Shown piece after piece: positions 26,036 through 39,248 of a stretch of DNA of 64,000 nt. Origin of the DNA: Tubulanus polymorphus. Taxonomy: Eukaryota > Animalia > Nemertea. The translations under genes were made by a program, and so were the position numbers. Each line of letters starts with the position of its first letter. Positions within the stretch are counted from its first letter, which is position 1. The DNA is taken from NCBI RefSeq assembly GCF_964204645.1, contig NC_134029.1, positions 6,696,001 through 6,760,000 of the forward strand, given 5' to 3'. The notes under the pieces were generated by a model. That model ran no database searches and was not told where the DNA came from. It saw nothing but the letters and a program-made list of their open reading frames with translations.

Positions 26036-28247
26036 ATTGTCTGATTCTACGCACAGTCGGGGGATTAATCTTCAAACAATTTTACGGAGTCAGTAACGGA
26101 AGATACGTATCATAAAAAGCGGTGACGAAATCCCGGTATGTTTCAACATGTGTATATGAAAAATGGAAATGTGTTAAATAAACCGATTTCTATTGCATAT
26201 TCGTTTTATGCCAGTTGAAGGCTTGAAGGGAAATAACATCGGTCCAATACAGTTTCATTTCATTGAGTGCTGTAGGGCTAATTTCATGTCCCTCTTGATG
26301 CAGATACGACCGTCCAGCTAATGGACAGCCCGGTGCACCTATGATCCCCACGGAGCCGTCACGGCCAAAATCAGGCTGGCAGATCATAACTGGTCATTCA
26401 TTATTAATCCGGAATATTCGAGTAAAGTGGATGGGCCTGTTTCCCTACCCATAACTCTATTTCACAGTCTCTATCTATATACAATAAAACCCAGGTAATG
26501 ACATTTGCCGTCAGGTGCATTATACAGTGTTTTGGTACATTCCGCCATGGGTTGATTCAAATTAAGTCAATGAAAAAACGAATGTGTCCAAAATATGCTG
26601 GGAATATCAACACGAGCTTATGAATATGTTGCGTGATATATTCCAGGTTAATCGAAGTTATTTCTGAGAGAACACATTTTCTTAATAGTGTGTTTTCCCT
26701 AACTTTCTATTCGCTGAATCAAATTCGTAAACGATTTCATTTGTAAACAAGTTGAATTCTTAATTGGTAAGACGACTCTCGGCCTCGCGTCGGCGGTGTA
26801 ACCTCGAAAATAAGGACAATATCGTCAGGGTTAGAAATGCGCCGAGTTGTTTGATGGCGGATTATCTCGTTTGAAACAAAAGAGCAACGGGCTAAATTGT
26901 AAGGTAATAAAAGCAGTATAAATTACAGTATAAGAGCCGGCTATGATCGGGGGACGTGGCAGGTGTTGTTCCCGACATGTCATTTGATAATCTAGACACC
27001 GCGCGCCTACAGTACACTGGTAATTGAGACAAGAGAAATGTGTAATTACTGCCTGGTTCATGATGACAACACCAGAATGCGACTGATTACTACTGACAAC
27101 CGCTATACTCTAGAGATCGCAAACTGATTTTTCTCTTATTATCAGTTTCTGGTTTTCTGGTCTCCTATATGAAATTACGCTATTTATCGTTAGGCTTTTG
27201 GTATAGCCAAGAATTGGTTAGAAAGCTTAGTGCGTGTTGCAGCTTTCAATTCGTCGGTGGTTTTTCGCTGACGTATCGACAAAAAATGTTTCAATACGGA
27301 AATTTATCGTCTGGATATCGACGTATAAGGGAAGCGGTCGTCCTATCTGGTCGAACTGGCGTCGTAATTCTCAATCGGCAATTTATGAATAAATAATGAT
27401 CGAATACGACTAAAATTAAAACACCGTCGAACCGTCACGCGAAACGATGAAAGTAATTATAGGATTAAGATTACCCAACCGGTGATTTTATTGCCTATAT
27501 CAGGTACCCTTGGGGCTACAGGGCAGTTCATCAAGATATCAGTCAGTCTTAAGTGTTGGTAATTACGCAAAATTAATTAATCGAAAGTAAGTAGAATTTC
27601 CACCAACAACGCCGGCTCTATTGATATCGCGTGTTTTGCTTTTCGACTGCCGGTAGCTGCCTCTGAAAGCTGCCTATGAACAATCTGCCCCCTGGTGACC
27701 ATTTCTCTTCGTTATGGTCGATAAATCCTCGTACTTAGAATCAATCTGTTTCTCATATTACTTCTACAAACCTTCGTCGTGAGTGTTTCCCCGTCGTTTT
27801 CACCAAGGAGTCGTTTATTACAAGATAATCAGTGCAAAAGAATAGCCACAATCGTTTGTGACGTCCTTGGCACTGATTTCAAGTTCAGTGATACATATTT
27901 TATGAATAGCAAATATCCGTTACTCGCTGAGAAACGCGAGGTATTTGCCCGATACATAATTGAGGGGCCCGTCCAGCGTCTCGTCTGCGCCGATGTTTCA
28001 TTCATACATTTTGCATTCTAGTTCGTCTGCTCCGGAAACAATCAACAACAAATACTACGCATGACGTCACGTCACGTACGTAGTCTCGTGACGTATTTTG
28101 CGAGCCAAACACTTCTTGGTGACGTAGAGCGCAAGGAAGTTTGGGGGCGAACGAAATATTCAAGAAATTACGATTAGGCCTACGTCATGAGGAGAGAATC
28201 CCACAATGATAATAAAAAGTCCGAAAATGAAACTTCGAGATAGTAGT

Positions 28248-28295
28248 TTATTTCAACGTTTCGACTATATCCTAATAGTCATCTTCAGGAATAAT
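28248..28295 (-). ncRNA. Minimal type I hammerhead ribozyme motif (inverted copy)
   Basis: Exact reverse complement of 29038-29085. Confidence 0.72.
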
Positions 28296-29037
28296 GAGAT
28301 ACTACAGAAATTATGAGATATATATACAATCCAGAGACAAAGAGACTAATTCAAGTAATCAGAGATGATACAAACTAAAGGAAAATTAACGTAGAAACAG
28401 TTACACGCTAAAATAGATTAAAGGGAAGCAAACTAAGGGGTGATTATAAACAACAATAGTGAGTATAAATATAAATGAAACTTAAAGTCTCTGACTTAAC
28501 TTGTATTCACCTTTGTTTTAATTTAAGTGCCCCCTAGTTTGTCTTTCTTTTTACTACTGACTTTAAGTTTCATTTATATTTATACTCACTATTGTTGTTT
28601 ATAATCACCCCTTAGTTTGCTTCCCTTTAATCTATTTTAGCGTGTAACTGTTTCTACGTTAATTTTCCTTTAGTTTGTATCATCTCTGATTACTTGAATT
28701 AGTCTCTTTGTCTCTGGATTGTATATATATCTCATAATTTCTGTAGTATCTCATTATTCTAATAATTCATTATTATAATAAAAACTGTCCGTTCTGTATG
28801 TACCTTTGTTTGAATCCTTCCACCAGTAACTTCACACTCACACAAATATCACACCACCCACATCCCCCTTAGTTCATCTCATAATAGTTCAACTCATATA
28901 CCTATATATATATATCATCATATCAAGCAAATAATCATGCACCTACGCGTCCTGAATGTAGGAGAGTGGCCACCACTCTCGAGCATTAAAAACGCGCTCC
29001 GCGCGTTTGTCTTTTTTATCTGCTGCTGCTGTATCTC

Positions 29038-29085
29038 ATTATTCCTGAAGATGACTATTAGGATATAGTCGAAACGTTGAAATAA
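29038..29085 (+). ncRNA. Minimal type I hammerhead ribozyme motif
   Basis: ttattc-CTGAAGA-t-gactat(taggat)atagtc-GAAACGTT-gaaataa: CUGANGA and GAAA core boxes, 6-bp stem II, palindromic ACGU stem III, bulged stem I. Confidence 0.75.
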
Positions 29086-31608
29086 ACTACTATCTCGAAG
29101 TTTCATTTTCGGACTTTTTATTATCATTGTGGGATTCTCTCCTCATCGCGTCAACACGGATATTGTGTTCTACCTATCGTGAGGCCTACGTCATGCATGG
29201 AACATTTTGAAATTAATTTTCAGAACAATTATTTTCAGTCGTTTGGTTCTGAATGCGAATTTAAAAGACGCATTCATTGAGACGCAGGTTAGGGTGAATT
29301 CTAACATATGGTCACTCCAGTTTAAGGGCTTAAGAACCACTCATTGCACCTTGGATCGCCAGCTAAATGTGAATGGCTGATAGAGTTACCTTGCTCCCAT
29401 GGTTACCGTGGTTTGAAGGGCCGTATCGTTTTCCTGATATTGGTCCATTTGCACTGAAACTCAACATCTACACACACGTGTACCCCTTGCCAGTTTTTGT
29501 TAATTGATTATCAACGTTGGGAAGATCCATCAAAAATACTTAGCTAAACCGCTAAAATCTGCCCCCGTAGCCCTTGTTTTGAACTTTGTCGTACCCTTGC
29601 CATTATGATCAGATGTTTGCAGGCGTGGGCTACCAGCAGAAACGCGCAGCTGAGCCGACGAAAATTGTTGATTTATTTAAACAGGCGAAAGTTAGTTGGT
29701 CGGCCAGGCTTTTAGACATGAAATATTCAACTAACACGAAACAGCACTCGGCAAATGCCGAAAGCTAGGTTTGATATAAAGTTATGCCAGCGCTTTGAGT
29801 TAATTCCAACCATGTCTCCAGTTTTGTTTCACTGCCCATCATTTATTCATTACGTTTTCTGGTCGACTCCTTTTCAATTTTCGTCTGAATTCGAACGCTC
29901 TAAAAGTATACGCGAATCGAAGATGGTTTCGTTTACCACGGCGGCGTCAGGTTGCACATCTGATATATAGGCATTTTGATATTGAAGACATTTCAATTGA
30001 TTCTAAAGATCAACCATTTAAAGTATTGGGAAGGCTTTTATGCACTCGCGAATGACTCTTCGACTTTAGACAGCGCAGTTCCCCGTCCGTCGATGAAATG
30101 TTTGAATTATTCATTTGAAATCATATATCTGATTTTTCTGCATCCGCCAAAGTGCATGCCTCTCCTCGTCTATTGATAGAAAACCTTCCTTCTATTTGAC
30201 TTTCGTTCCAGACATTCTGACATTTCTGCTCTTCAAAAGAAAACAGTTTGCGTTACTTTCTGGAACAAATCCCAAAAAAATTAAAAAAACACGAATACGA
30301 ACTACAATAATCTGTATTTCATATCAAGGTCCTGATGCCTGCTTTATACCGGCATTTCCTCACCTTCTTCTGTGATAACTATCGGGCGTTGTGTATAGAG
30401 TATCATATTTTACTGATCAACGAATTTTCCATCAATACGCACACCATAATAGAAAGTACCACTGGCGACATGCGTAGGTTGACTGAACATTGGCGGGAAA
30501 CTTTGTGCGACAGGAATGGCAATAACCGCAAAATAATCTGAATGAAATTCGCTCAAATAGTTCATCAAACTTTCTGATATCATTCCTAGTATCAATTTAC
30601 ACGGGAACTGATATTATATTGCATAGTCGACCGTTGAAGTCTTTTCTTATCTGTCCTGAATATGCCTGCGCTCTTTACGATTAATTTATGGTACTACGTT
30701 TGCGATGAATTTGTTAGGGTCCCCTCTCAGTCTGATTCTACAGTATACCCTAACTCTCCCATTCGAAATTTCCCGGTTTAGTCACCCGTACCGACAATCT
30801 CATTTTTTCCCGATTGTGTGCGACGCATTTATACGTGAAGTCATCATAAGCTTTCTAACTTCTAAGAGTTCATAGCTACGCTGGTGGTTCTATATCAACA
30901 AATACCTATTCGGTAAATTTAAGCCCAATCCTCCAATGTGAGCGTTAACTTAAGGTTAGGGCATCGTTTGCACGACGTTTCAGGTGGTCCGCTTTGTTGT
31001 TTGGTATATATTATATTAGATTGATCACTTCATGTTCGTTATACATATTGTGCTTCGAAAGTAACGATGGATTGGAAAAAAATATGAAAATAGTCCATGC
31101 TTACATCGCTGTTCATCGCTGTTCGCGGTTGTTTTTGTTGGAAATTATAAGCAATTACCGAAGTATTGCGTCGGGCATTTTGATGGCCGCATAAGTCATG
31201 CGTTCGTGGCCATTTATACCTCAGCCTATTAGGGCTTTATGAGGGCTCAAGAGAAAAATAATTCGCGAATATAGCCGCGTGCACTCTATACTGTAAATCT
31301 GACCACTAGCCTCAGGTCGAGCTAATGGATATAAAATGCGATTGATGACCAGCGCACCTTATGACGAACAGTAATAAGACGAAAGTCGTTAATCCGACAC
31401 CAAAACCTGCTCAAAACACGAGATCGAAATTCTGATTCATTCTCATGTCAGAAAAACTGGTAAAACTGCATAGGTGAATTAACGATAGTTTTTGAGTCTC
31501 GGCAGTTTTGAATACAGCCATGTAAACAAGAGAATTAAGCCGATTTTAATTCGACGATAAACGGCGCACTGATACTGCTTTGCAGAGAAATGAAATAAGG
31601 CCTACTTG

Positions 31609-31889
31609 CAAGGGTGGATATAGTGGGTGACCTTCGAAATTCGAGTGTACCCTTCAAAAATCTGGAAAAATAATTTTTGCAAACAAGATTTTAAAAAGAC
31701 GAAATATAAAAATAAATGGGCCCTGATAAGAGCAGGGATAAGCCCCTTTTGCCCTAGATTTTTGTCGGAGGGCCACCAGAACTTCTACCCCTGTTTAGCC
31801 CTCGCATTGCAAAATCTGCCCTTTTCAAAGTAAGTGCCATTTCTCATTTTCAAGTTTTACTTCTTCAAAGAACTCTAGATCCACCATTC
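31609..31889. mobile_element. MITE of the CAGGGGCGGATC-TIR family
   Basis: caagggtggatatag...ctagatccaccattc flanked by acttg/acttg. Confidence 0.6.
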
Positions 31890-34125
31890 ACTTGTGATAT
31901 TGCACGACCTTAACTGTTCAGTGCATTCAATGATGTATGCTTATCTCTAATTCAATCGGGTTCATTTCGAAAATTGGATTTGTATCACAACAGGAATTTC
32001 CTCCCGCAGAACGGTGCATTCAAAAACTATGACACGTGTATTGCGTTTCTGTTTGTTTTTAGGCGTGAAAACGTGCCCAAAAAGACAATATAGCAGGTTT
32101 TACTTGGCGATAAAATAAACATATTACGCTGAATCAAACGTGAAAAATAAACACTTATCAAAACATCCTTGCTGTACGAATCGTAATTCGACCAGCATTT
32201 GAAATTTAACCCATTTTTCAAAGGAGCGCCGATGAAATCGGGTAATCAATAGACATTCCACTTTTTAACCAGTAAAATTGATTATTTGCACCTAGGAATA
32301 TTGGCAATCCATATTCTAGTTCAACCTGCAGCATGTATATACATTCGTATGTTTGCTGAACATCGTTGAAACTTAAACGGAAACCTACATTTCAGGTAAT
32401 TATATGAATTGCTTTTATGAAGCGAAATTACTCATCAGGCCCGTACGCGAGCTATGACGATGATGATTCTCGACACCTGCAACATTTCCCGGCACTAGTT
32501 TCAATAATTGGTCATTGAACTCAATAATACAAATAATAGTTCATATTGATTAGTGTATTGTGAAATGAAATAAGGATGCGGATAGTGTTCACATCGTTAA
32601 ACCAGAAAGTCAGAGAAAATCGCGAGAGAAAATTTTAACGGGCTCTCAAAGTGGTGAAACAAGACTGACAGCTATAGGCTTAGATCCAGTTCCCTTCTTT
32701 ACATTGAATGGACGTTTTTGGAAATTTCGCACAGGAACCTTGTTTGCAAAATTTTGTCTAATAGGATTGAGTGAAAGGTTCTAAACAGTGTATGAATACA
32801 TCCTTGGAAACATCCACCCGCTCCGGGATTCGAACTCTCAATACTGTCGGGTTCGAATCCCTCAATTAACATTATTTTCTCCCAAAGCGCCCACACTAAG
32901 CACGGCATTACATATAGTTTCATGATTTTACCGAAGACAGTTCTGAAATATTACGTTAACTGTATGGAATTTTCAGTCAATTTCGTAGATAACAGTAACC
33001 AATCAGATACAGCAGCGTAAATGTTACTGATAACATCAATAATTTACTGGTTAATATTTCAGTATTCCAAATAAAGCTTGTGTAAAGTCAACGATGCTAT
33101 ATCACGCCTTCATTATTCAATTAATATTAGCAACTTAATAGATCTGCAACTTTATGGATATAGCGCAGGTGTTTGATTGATGAACTATAATACGCGGCCG
33201 CCGCCGAAAACAAGAGCAAGTGTGAGACGCAAATTTTCCAAGCTATTCGAATTCATTTCCGTTTGAAATACTGATGAAGTTGCTCGAATCAGACCGGTTA
33301 CAGTCACGTATTTATATTTCACGTATTCATATTCACGTATTCAAGTAACACGCGCTGTAGCAGACGTTTGTTGACAAACTAAGATTGATATTGCAGTAAA
33401 TGGTTTCATTTTTTAATCATTTCCACTATTCTATCTGTTGAACCGATAGTTCGTTATATCTAGTATGAAATTGTATGAATGGTCCTATTTGCGACGAAAT
33501 TCTAGGTTTTTCATAACCCATAAACCTTTATATTCTAAGTCGTTATAATGATGTTCCACTGTTACATTTTATTGCGAAATAAGCAAGGTTTACTTCTCTG
33601 TTTTCCGGAGCGATTGATCATCCCGAGGAACATTCGTATAGACAAAAAATATTAACAATTACGTTTTTAAATTTCAATAATAGCCATTTTCTCAATTAGG
33701 GCCCGATGTCGTGATTGTAGAATTAAAGGAGAGGTGTTCAGATCACCTGCTCAGCGTTTTAAACTGTCGTCATAATCGCTGATAAAGCTTCATCTAAAAC
33801 GCCTGTCACAATTTGTAACAAACAATTTCCTGTTTGAAAAGCAACGTTAACTCGCGTGGCGTGCAGCTTTGAAACACGAAAAAAATTGTGATAAGGAGGG
33901 CTTTCAAGGGATTCTTTTGTGGCCGCTGGAAAAACGCGGAAAATGCCTAAATCAATCCAATTCAATTACTACTTTATTGCGCCTTTATATACATACATAT
34001 AACAACAAAGCCAAATACAAATACAAACATACTCGGACGAGATACAAAATACATAATTTCAGAAGTTTTTTCTCAAATTCTCAACATTAGACAACTCATC
34101 TTAGACGAATCTGTTTCGAGGGACC

Positions 34126-34368
34126 TAGGGGCAGATCCACGGGGTGCAAGGTGTGCGCACCCCCTAAAATGTCAATTGGCTTGAAATTTCATGGGAACTG
34201 AAAAAATATCAAACTGATACCTAAGAAAGTTAAAATTCATAAGCATGTTTTCTGGATTTTCAAAATGAATCAATGTTTCCCGATGAGCTTTCTTTCGGAG
34301 TGCCATTGTATGATATGCCCTACTTTGGGGTGCACCCTTCCCTGATTCAGACTCTAGATCTAGCCCTG
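34126..34368. mobile_element. MITE of a CAGGGGCGGATC-TIR family with 5-bp TSD
   Basis: taggggcagatc...gatctagccctg flanked by ggacc/ggacc. Confidence 0.65.
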
Positions 34369-34585
34369 GGACCCTAACCATAGCCACCAAGTTTCCCTCC
34401 GAAAATGTTCTTGGTCGGACCCTTTACCCGTCGAGGTTTCAGTTACTGGGAATCGGAGTGCAGTCGACATAAGCTGGGCTACGATCGCGGTTGCTCTCAT
34501 CAGTTGTGTCGATAGGCGTCGCGTCGCTTGTCGACAAAAGCCAGCCTATTAACTATCGAAATGGTGTTGAACAACTCTAAAAATG

Positions 34586-34732
<147 letters not shown>

Positions 34733-37700
34733 CTTTCTAACGCTGCGCCCGAATTCACAACTAACACAGCCATTCTCGCGTATTTCCCCAAGTTTTTTCT
34801 TGTAAACCTGACGATCCCATCTCATCGCTCCCGAGTATAGTATCGCCTGTCGTCAGCCAATTATCACTGATGACGACGTCGAGATCTGTTTCGTCAACAA
34901 ACGAAGACGACATGCCGCATTGTCATTAAACAATTACCGCTGTCACTGTCGCTGTACGAGTTAAACACGCCCGTAACACGAGTCTTTACTGCTGGATACT
35001 TGAGTTTAATTACTGTTCGGTACACCGGCACAGCGCAGAGGCTGATGCGAGGATCGATAGGAACCTTCCGTATCGGAAACTACTCAACTTTGAGCTCTTC
35101 CGATTCACTTCCGATACTCGTTTAAACTTCGTTTTGTCGATAAACGCTATAACAGATTACGTTTGCGAAGACAATTGCTGTCAATTCTCTCTATTGCTGA
35201 TACAACCTATACGCTAACCCAAACGAACAAGCTTTTTAGAGAAGATTTCTGTTGATAATTTGACGATTATATAAAGAAATTTTATGTTTTATCCACAATT
35301 TCAACCGAGTTAAAAATAATTGGACATAAGCACAAGCGTTTTGTATAGAACAAAGTGCATTCTCATTGACTAAGCGTTCGTATTACGAAATATTCGAAGC
35401 CATTTAATTTTCATGTAACAAATTTCTTTAGTTTTCTTGTGAATAAATACACAAAAAGACATTTGCAGAAAACTGACGGAAACTCTAATGGTCGACGTAG
35501 AAATAACCGACTAGCGGAAATAAGTTCGTTAATATCCACTGTTCTTTTCTTACAAACTGTTTTGCATTCAGCTTTCGATTATGTCGTTGAAATGGATTGT
35601 TGTAGCAGCGCTCGACCTTTTCCCATTAGCTATCGTAATGAGGCAGACGGCGAAATATGGCGTCGAATGAACCTTACTACGGCAATGTCGTCAAGCGTCG
35701 TAAAATGTGCTGTCGTCAATACGAGCGCTTCCAAATGAAATCTGACGTCGACTAACGATACTAAATTTTGGCAATCTGCGTTCCAATCAGGTACTATTTG
35801 TGCCTGTTAGCGACTAATGTCCCCTGACGGAACTTCGACACGCGAAATGCCATTGCCGCAGCGAACCGGGCGTAATAAACAGCATGTTTGCTTCGTTAGA
35901 AAATTTAATTGATTGAATTTGCTTTTATTTTAGCTTTAAACGAATAACAAATGACGTTATTTCGCCGGAATTTCCTTTGATTTTTTTTTTAAACAGACCA
36001 CGTTGAATGAATTGGCCAACCTTCATGAACTGTTTCAACTAAACTGCTACTTTCCGACGGGCCCTATTCGATTTATTTCTTATAATTTGTTGACCATTCA
36101 TAATAGATGCGAATTTTCGTGAACACATAGCGAATCTTTTCCGGTGCAATTACGCTTCAATTGTAATTCGAATGAGTGGCACTGCAACCGTTCAGATAGT
36201 TTAAAGTTGATATGAAGAAGTTGACGGTACATTTAAAAGCTATCGTTGGAGAGAGAATCGCAGTCAAGCGTGCACGGTATAAGCGGAAATGACGTCCGTA
36301 GCACCTGCTGTTAGGTTCCGGTGCTGTATCCAATATACGCGGCGCGCGCGCAGAGTGAACCATTGTCTTTGTATAGAGCATCGTGGATATGATTAAGTCG
36401 CCTACGAAGAAAATGTTATTGTTTTGCAGAATATAATATCTCGGTGTATGCAAAAGCCCATATTTTTATCGAAGTAACTCTGTTTGTCAGCTAGAATTAT
36501 AGACGGACATGTTTGCAAAGTTTTACTTCCGACTTTGTTGACATCAAATGGAAAATAAACTTCTAGAGGTCTTCTATACGTCAATAAATGTCGGGAAGTT
36601 TTTTTTAATACTTCGACAAAACTACAGACAACGATATATATGTATAATTCTTTGAAGAAGTCTCTCGTTACGAGTCTTTGGAATGCTTATTTTTTCAATG
36701 AGCCAACGTTGCGCTCGCGTTCGTTCGACGCGTTCGGTTGCAACTGCCGAGACATCTTTGATGTTGCTGATATGTAAAATGTGATACTATCAATAAATCA
36801 TTAAACCCGTTCAAAATACGAAGCTGTACAAAGTTAAGAAATCCAACCACTAGGTAGATTATGATATCACATAACTTGCATCCTGCTAAAATTCCACAGA
36901 ACCCGAAAAAGAACCACCGTTAAGTATAGAATCGCTTCCTAGAACTACTGAACTATATTTTCTAGAATAAGTATTCGATTTCTTTACTTTATTTACATAC
37001 GGTAGTCCTGTCGAAAACGGTCGACACTTGTTTAACATTTTGGGCAATAGAAAGATAGATAGATGGAACCAATGACATATCATAGAAACATATCTAGACC
37101 GCGCCACTGTCAGATATCTGTGCACAATGTAGCAGGTTCATTTCATAATTTCAATCGGGCATTTTCACATCAATTATTCAGCACTTGTTAGCTATACGTA
37201 AAATGTACAGCTTGTCGCTCTGTCGGAGCGAGAAAAATGCTCGGTCAGATTACTGAAATTAATCAAACAGAGTACGAAATATATAAACGTTAAATCGTAG
37301 GGGGCGTAATGAGTCATTCGTTTCCTATCTATCTATGTACGGTTATCCTCACTGAAAAAATTCGCTGAATAAGTCCCACAACACAGCAATGACTGATATC
37401 TAATCACAACGTTTTACTCAGTCAGGATGCGGTGGAAAGATGCCCTGCGGTGGAAAGATGCCCTGCTTTTACACAGCAAACATCCGAGTTGAACGGTTGT
37501 CCGAGTTGATCGGATCCAACTCGGGCGGTATCTACTGTAGAAGGTTTCTTTGTCGGAAAGTGTTCCCCGCAGTAGGTCGATTGACCCAAATAAAGGACAT
37601 TGGTTTACAATTTCTTTGTAATTATTTGAGTCCGAAGCCCGGGTCCGGCTTTCACTCATCACCCGTTATATATAGTCCATCAAGCGTATGTCACAGTTGA

Positions 37701-39125
37701 AGGCCAATGTGTGAACGAAGACGATTGACATTAAAACCTTTTATCCAAACCTCAAACATTGCGCACTTGCTTTTCCCTTTCACCAAATATAATTTAGGCC
37801 TTCGTATATTTTAAGAAATTTAGCGGAATTTTTTTTTCTTGATCAGCCAGATTTTGCCCCGCTCTGGCCTATGGATGTCATTATACCTTAACGTCTGAAC
37901 AGAACGCGTGGTTCAAATATTGGTTCAATTATTCGTGTACAGCCCGTGAAAACGTGTGCCGTGTTTACCGAATCCGGAAAATCAACATGACACAATAATA
38001 CAACACCACCGACTTTAGATCGTGATTCAAGACTTGACGGTATATCAGCAACGGCGACGGTTTTAGGTCGCCTTACGTCGCACCTGTCAGCCTCCCAGGC
38101 TCTCATTCTTTTTCGACAGGTATATTCGCTTTTGCGTTTATAGTACTGCTTACAACGGCGCGACATGAATCGGTTGTGTAATCGGTTAGTTTTGTCGAAC
38201 GTGGTTCGCGTCCGATACCCAAAAACACCCCGATACAAGTCGGTTTCTATTTTCAACACAATTACCAGTGGTTGAAAATGACTTGAATCGTTTAGAAAAC
38301 AACTATCACTATTAAATATATACATTTACTGTTCAGACGTACGAACGCTATTAAGTAGAGTACTACGTCTCGGTCCTTAGGAATATTTTATTTTACGGTT
38401 ACACAGATTGTATTTTTGGTACGGAAGGTACTGACAGTATGTGTCATGATATGATCTCATCCTGCTTTACCAAGATCAGCATCAATGAGCTAACAAAGAG
38501 AAGACGGATTCTTCAAAATGTTTTCCTATGGAAATTTGTCAGGGATTCTCGATTCGATCTATCTTAGTTCATAGCAAACCACAATTGAAAGCAACTACAG
38601 AGACAACTAATTATAGCAATACAAAACGACAGATTTCAGAGCATATGTGTCGAATTTTATGGACGGATATGTGCTACACGTGCCGGCACGCGATGGTGAA
38701 AGCCCGACTTCAACCAGGCGTAGTTTAACACGACCGCGTCAACAAAACGATACCCTCCGAAATTAGGTGGACGTAATTCACCGCATCTGGCAACTATCAT
38801 GTTCTATCATGCAACAGTTAACAGGTTCATTACACGTGACTTTGTTGAAGACCTAATTAATTCACCTTCGCCCGCTTCAGAATCGTCTAATAGGTCTCAT
38901 CTGCCATCGAAATTAACTGTTTTATGACGGCCAGAACAGATTTATCGCTTTGTCTATGGCGTGTGTATCTATACACCATCTGGTTGTCGCATCCAGTTTT
39001 CATTTGTCGATAGTCGTTTTATCGAGTGTCCATAGATAGCCCTAGGGCGCGAAAACGATGCGTACTCATTTTACCTGTACACTTACGCACCTCAGTGCAC
39101 GCGCCAGCTTTTACTTTGACACCGG

Positions 39126-39248
39126 CACAGGGGCCTGACACAAACAGTTTTTGACCCCAGTATCCTAGGTACTATATATAAAAAGACTTTTTATATGTAT
39201 AGTACCTAGGATACTGGGGCCAAAAACATTTTGTGTCAGGCCCCTGTG
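39126..39248. repeat. Near-perfect 123-bp palindrome (foldback MITE-like)
   Basis: cacaggggcctgacacaaa...ccccagtatcctaggtactata...tatagtacctaggatactgggg...tttgtgtcaggcccctgtg. Confidence 0.8.

Larger units (their letters stand above)
28190..29181. mobile_element. Non-coding hammerhead-bearing retroelement insertion (Penelope-like/retrozyme-like) with long inverted repeat
   Basis: Flanked by the 14-bp direct repeat aggcctacgtcatg (28176-28189, 29182-29195). Inverted arms are 28289-28489/28559-28759 and 28187-28302/29031-29146. One hammerhead core lies on each strand. Confidence 0.8.

Noticed and set aside
29001-29020. T-run after the hairpin at ~28990-29008, resembling a bacterial terminator
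   Set aside because: The context is eukaryotic; it is treated as part of the nested repeat segment.
32825-32861. GGTTCGAATCCC B-box-like motif suggesting a tRNA
   Set aside because: No cloverleaf or A-box found; it is only an 11-bp inverted repeat.
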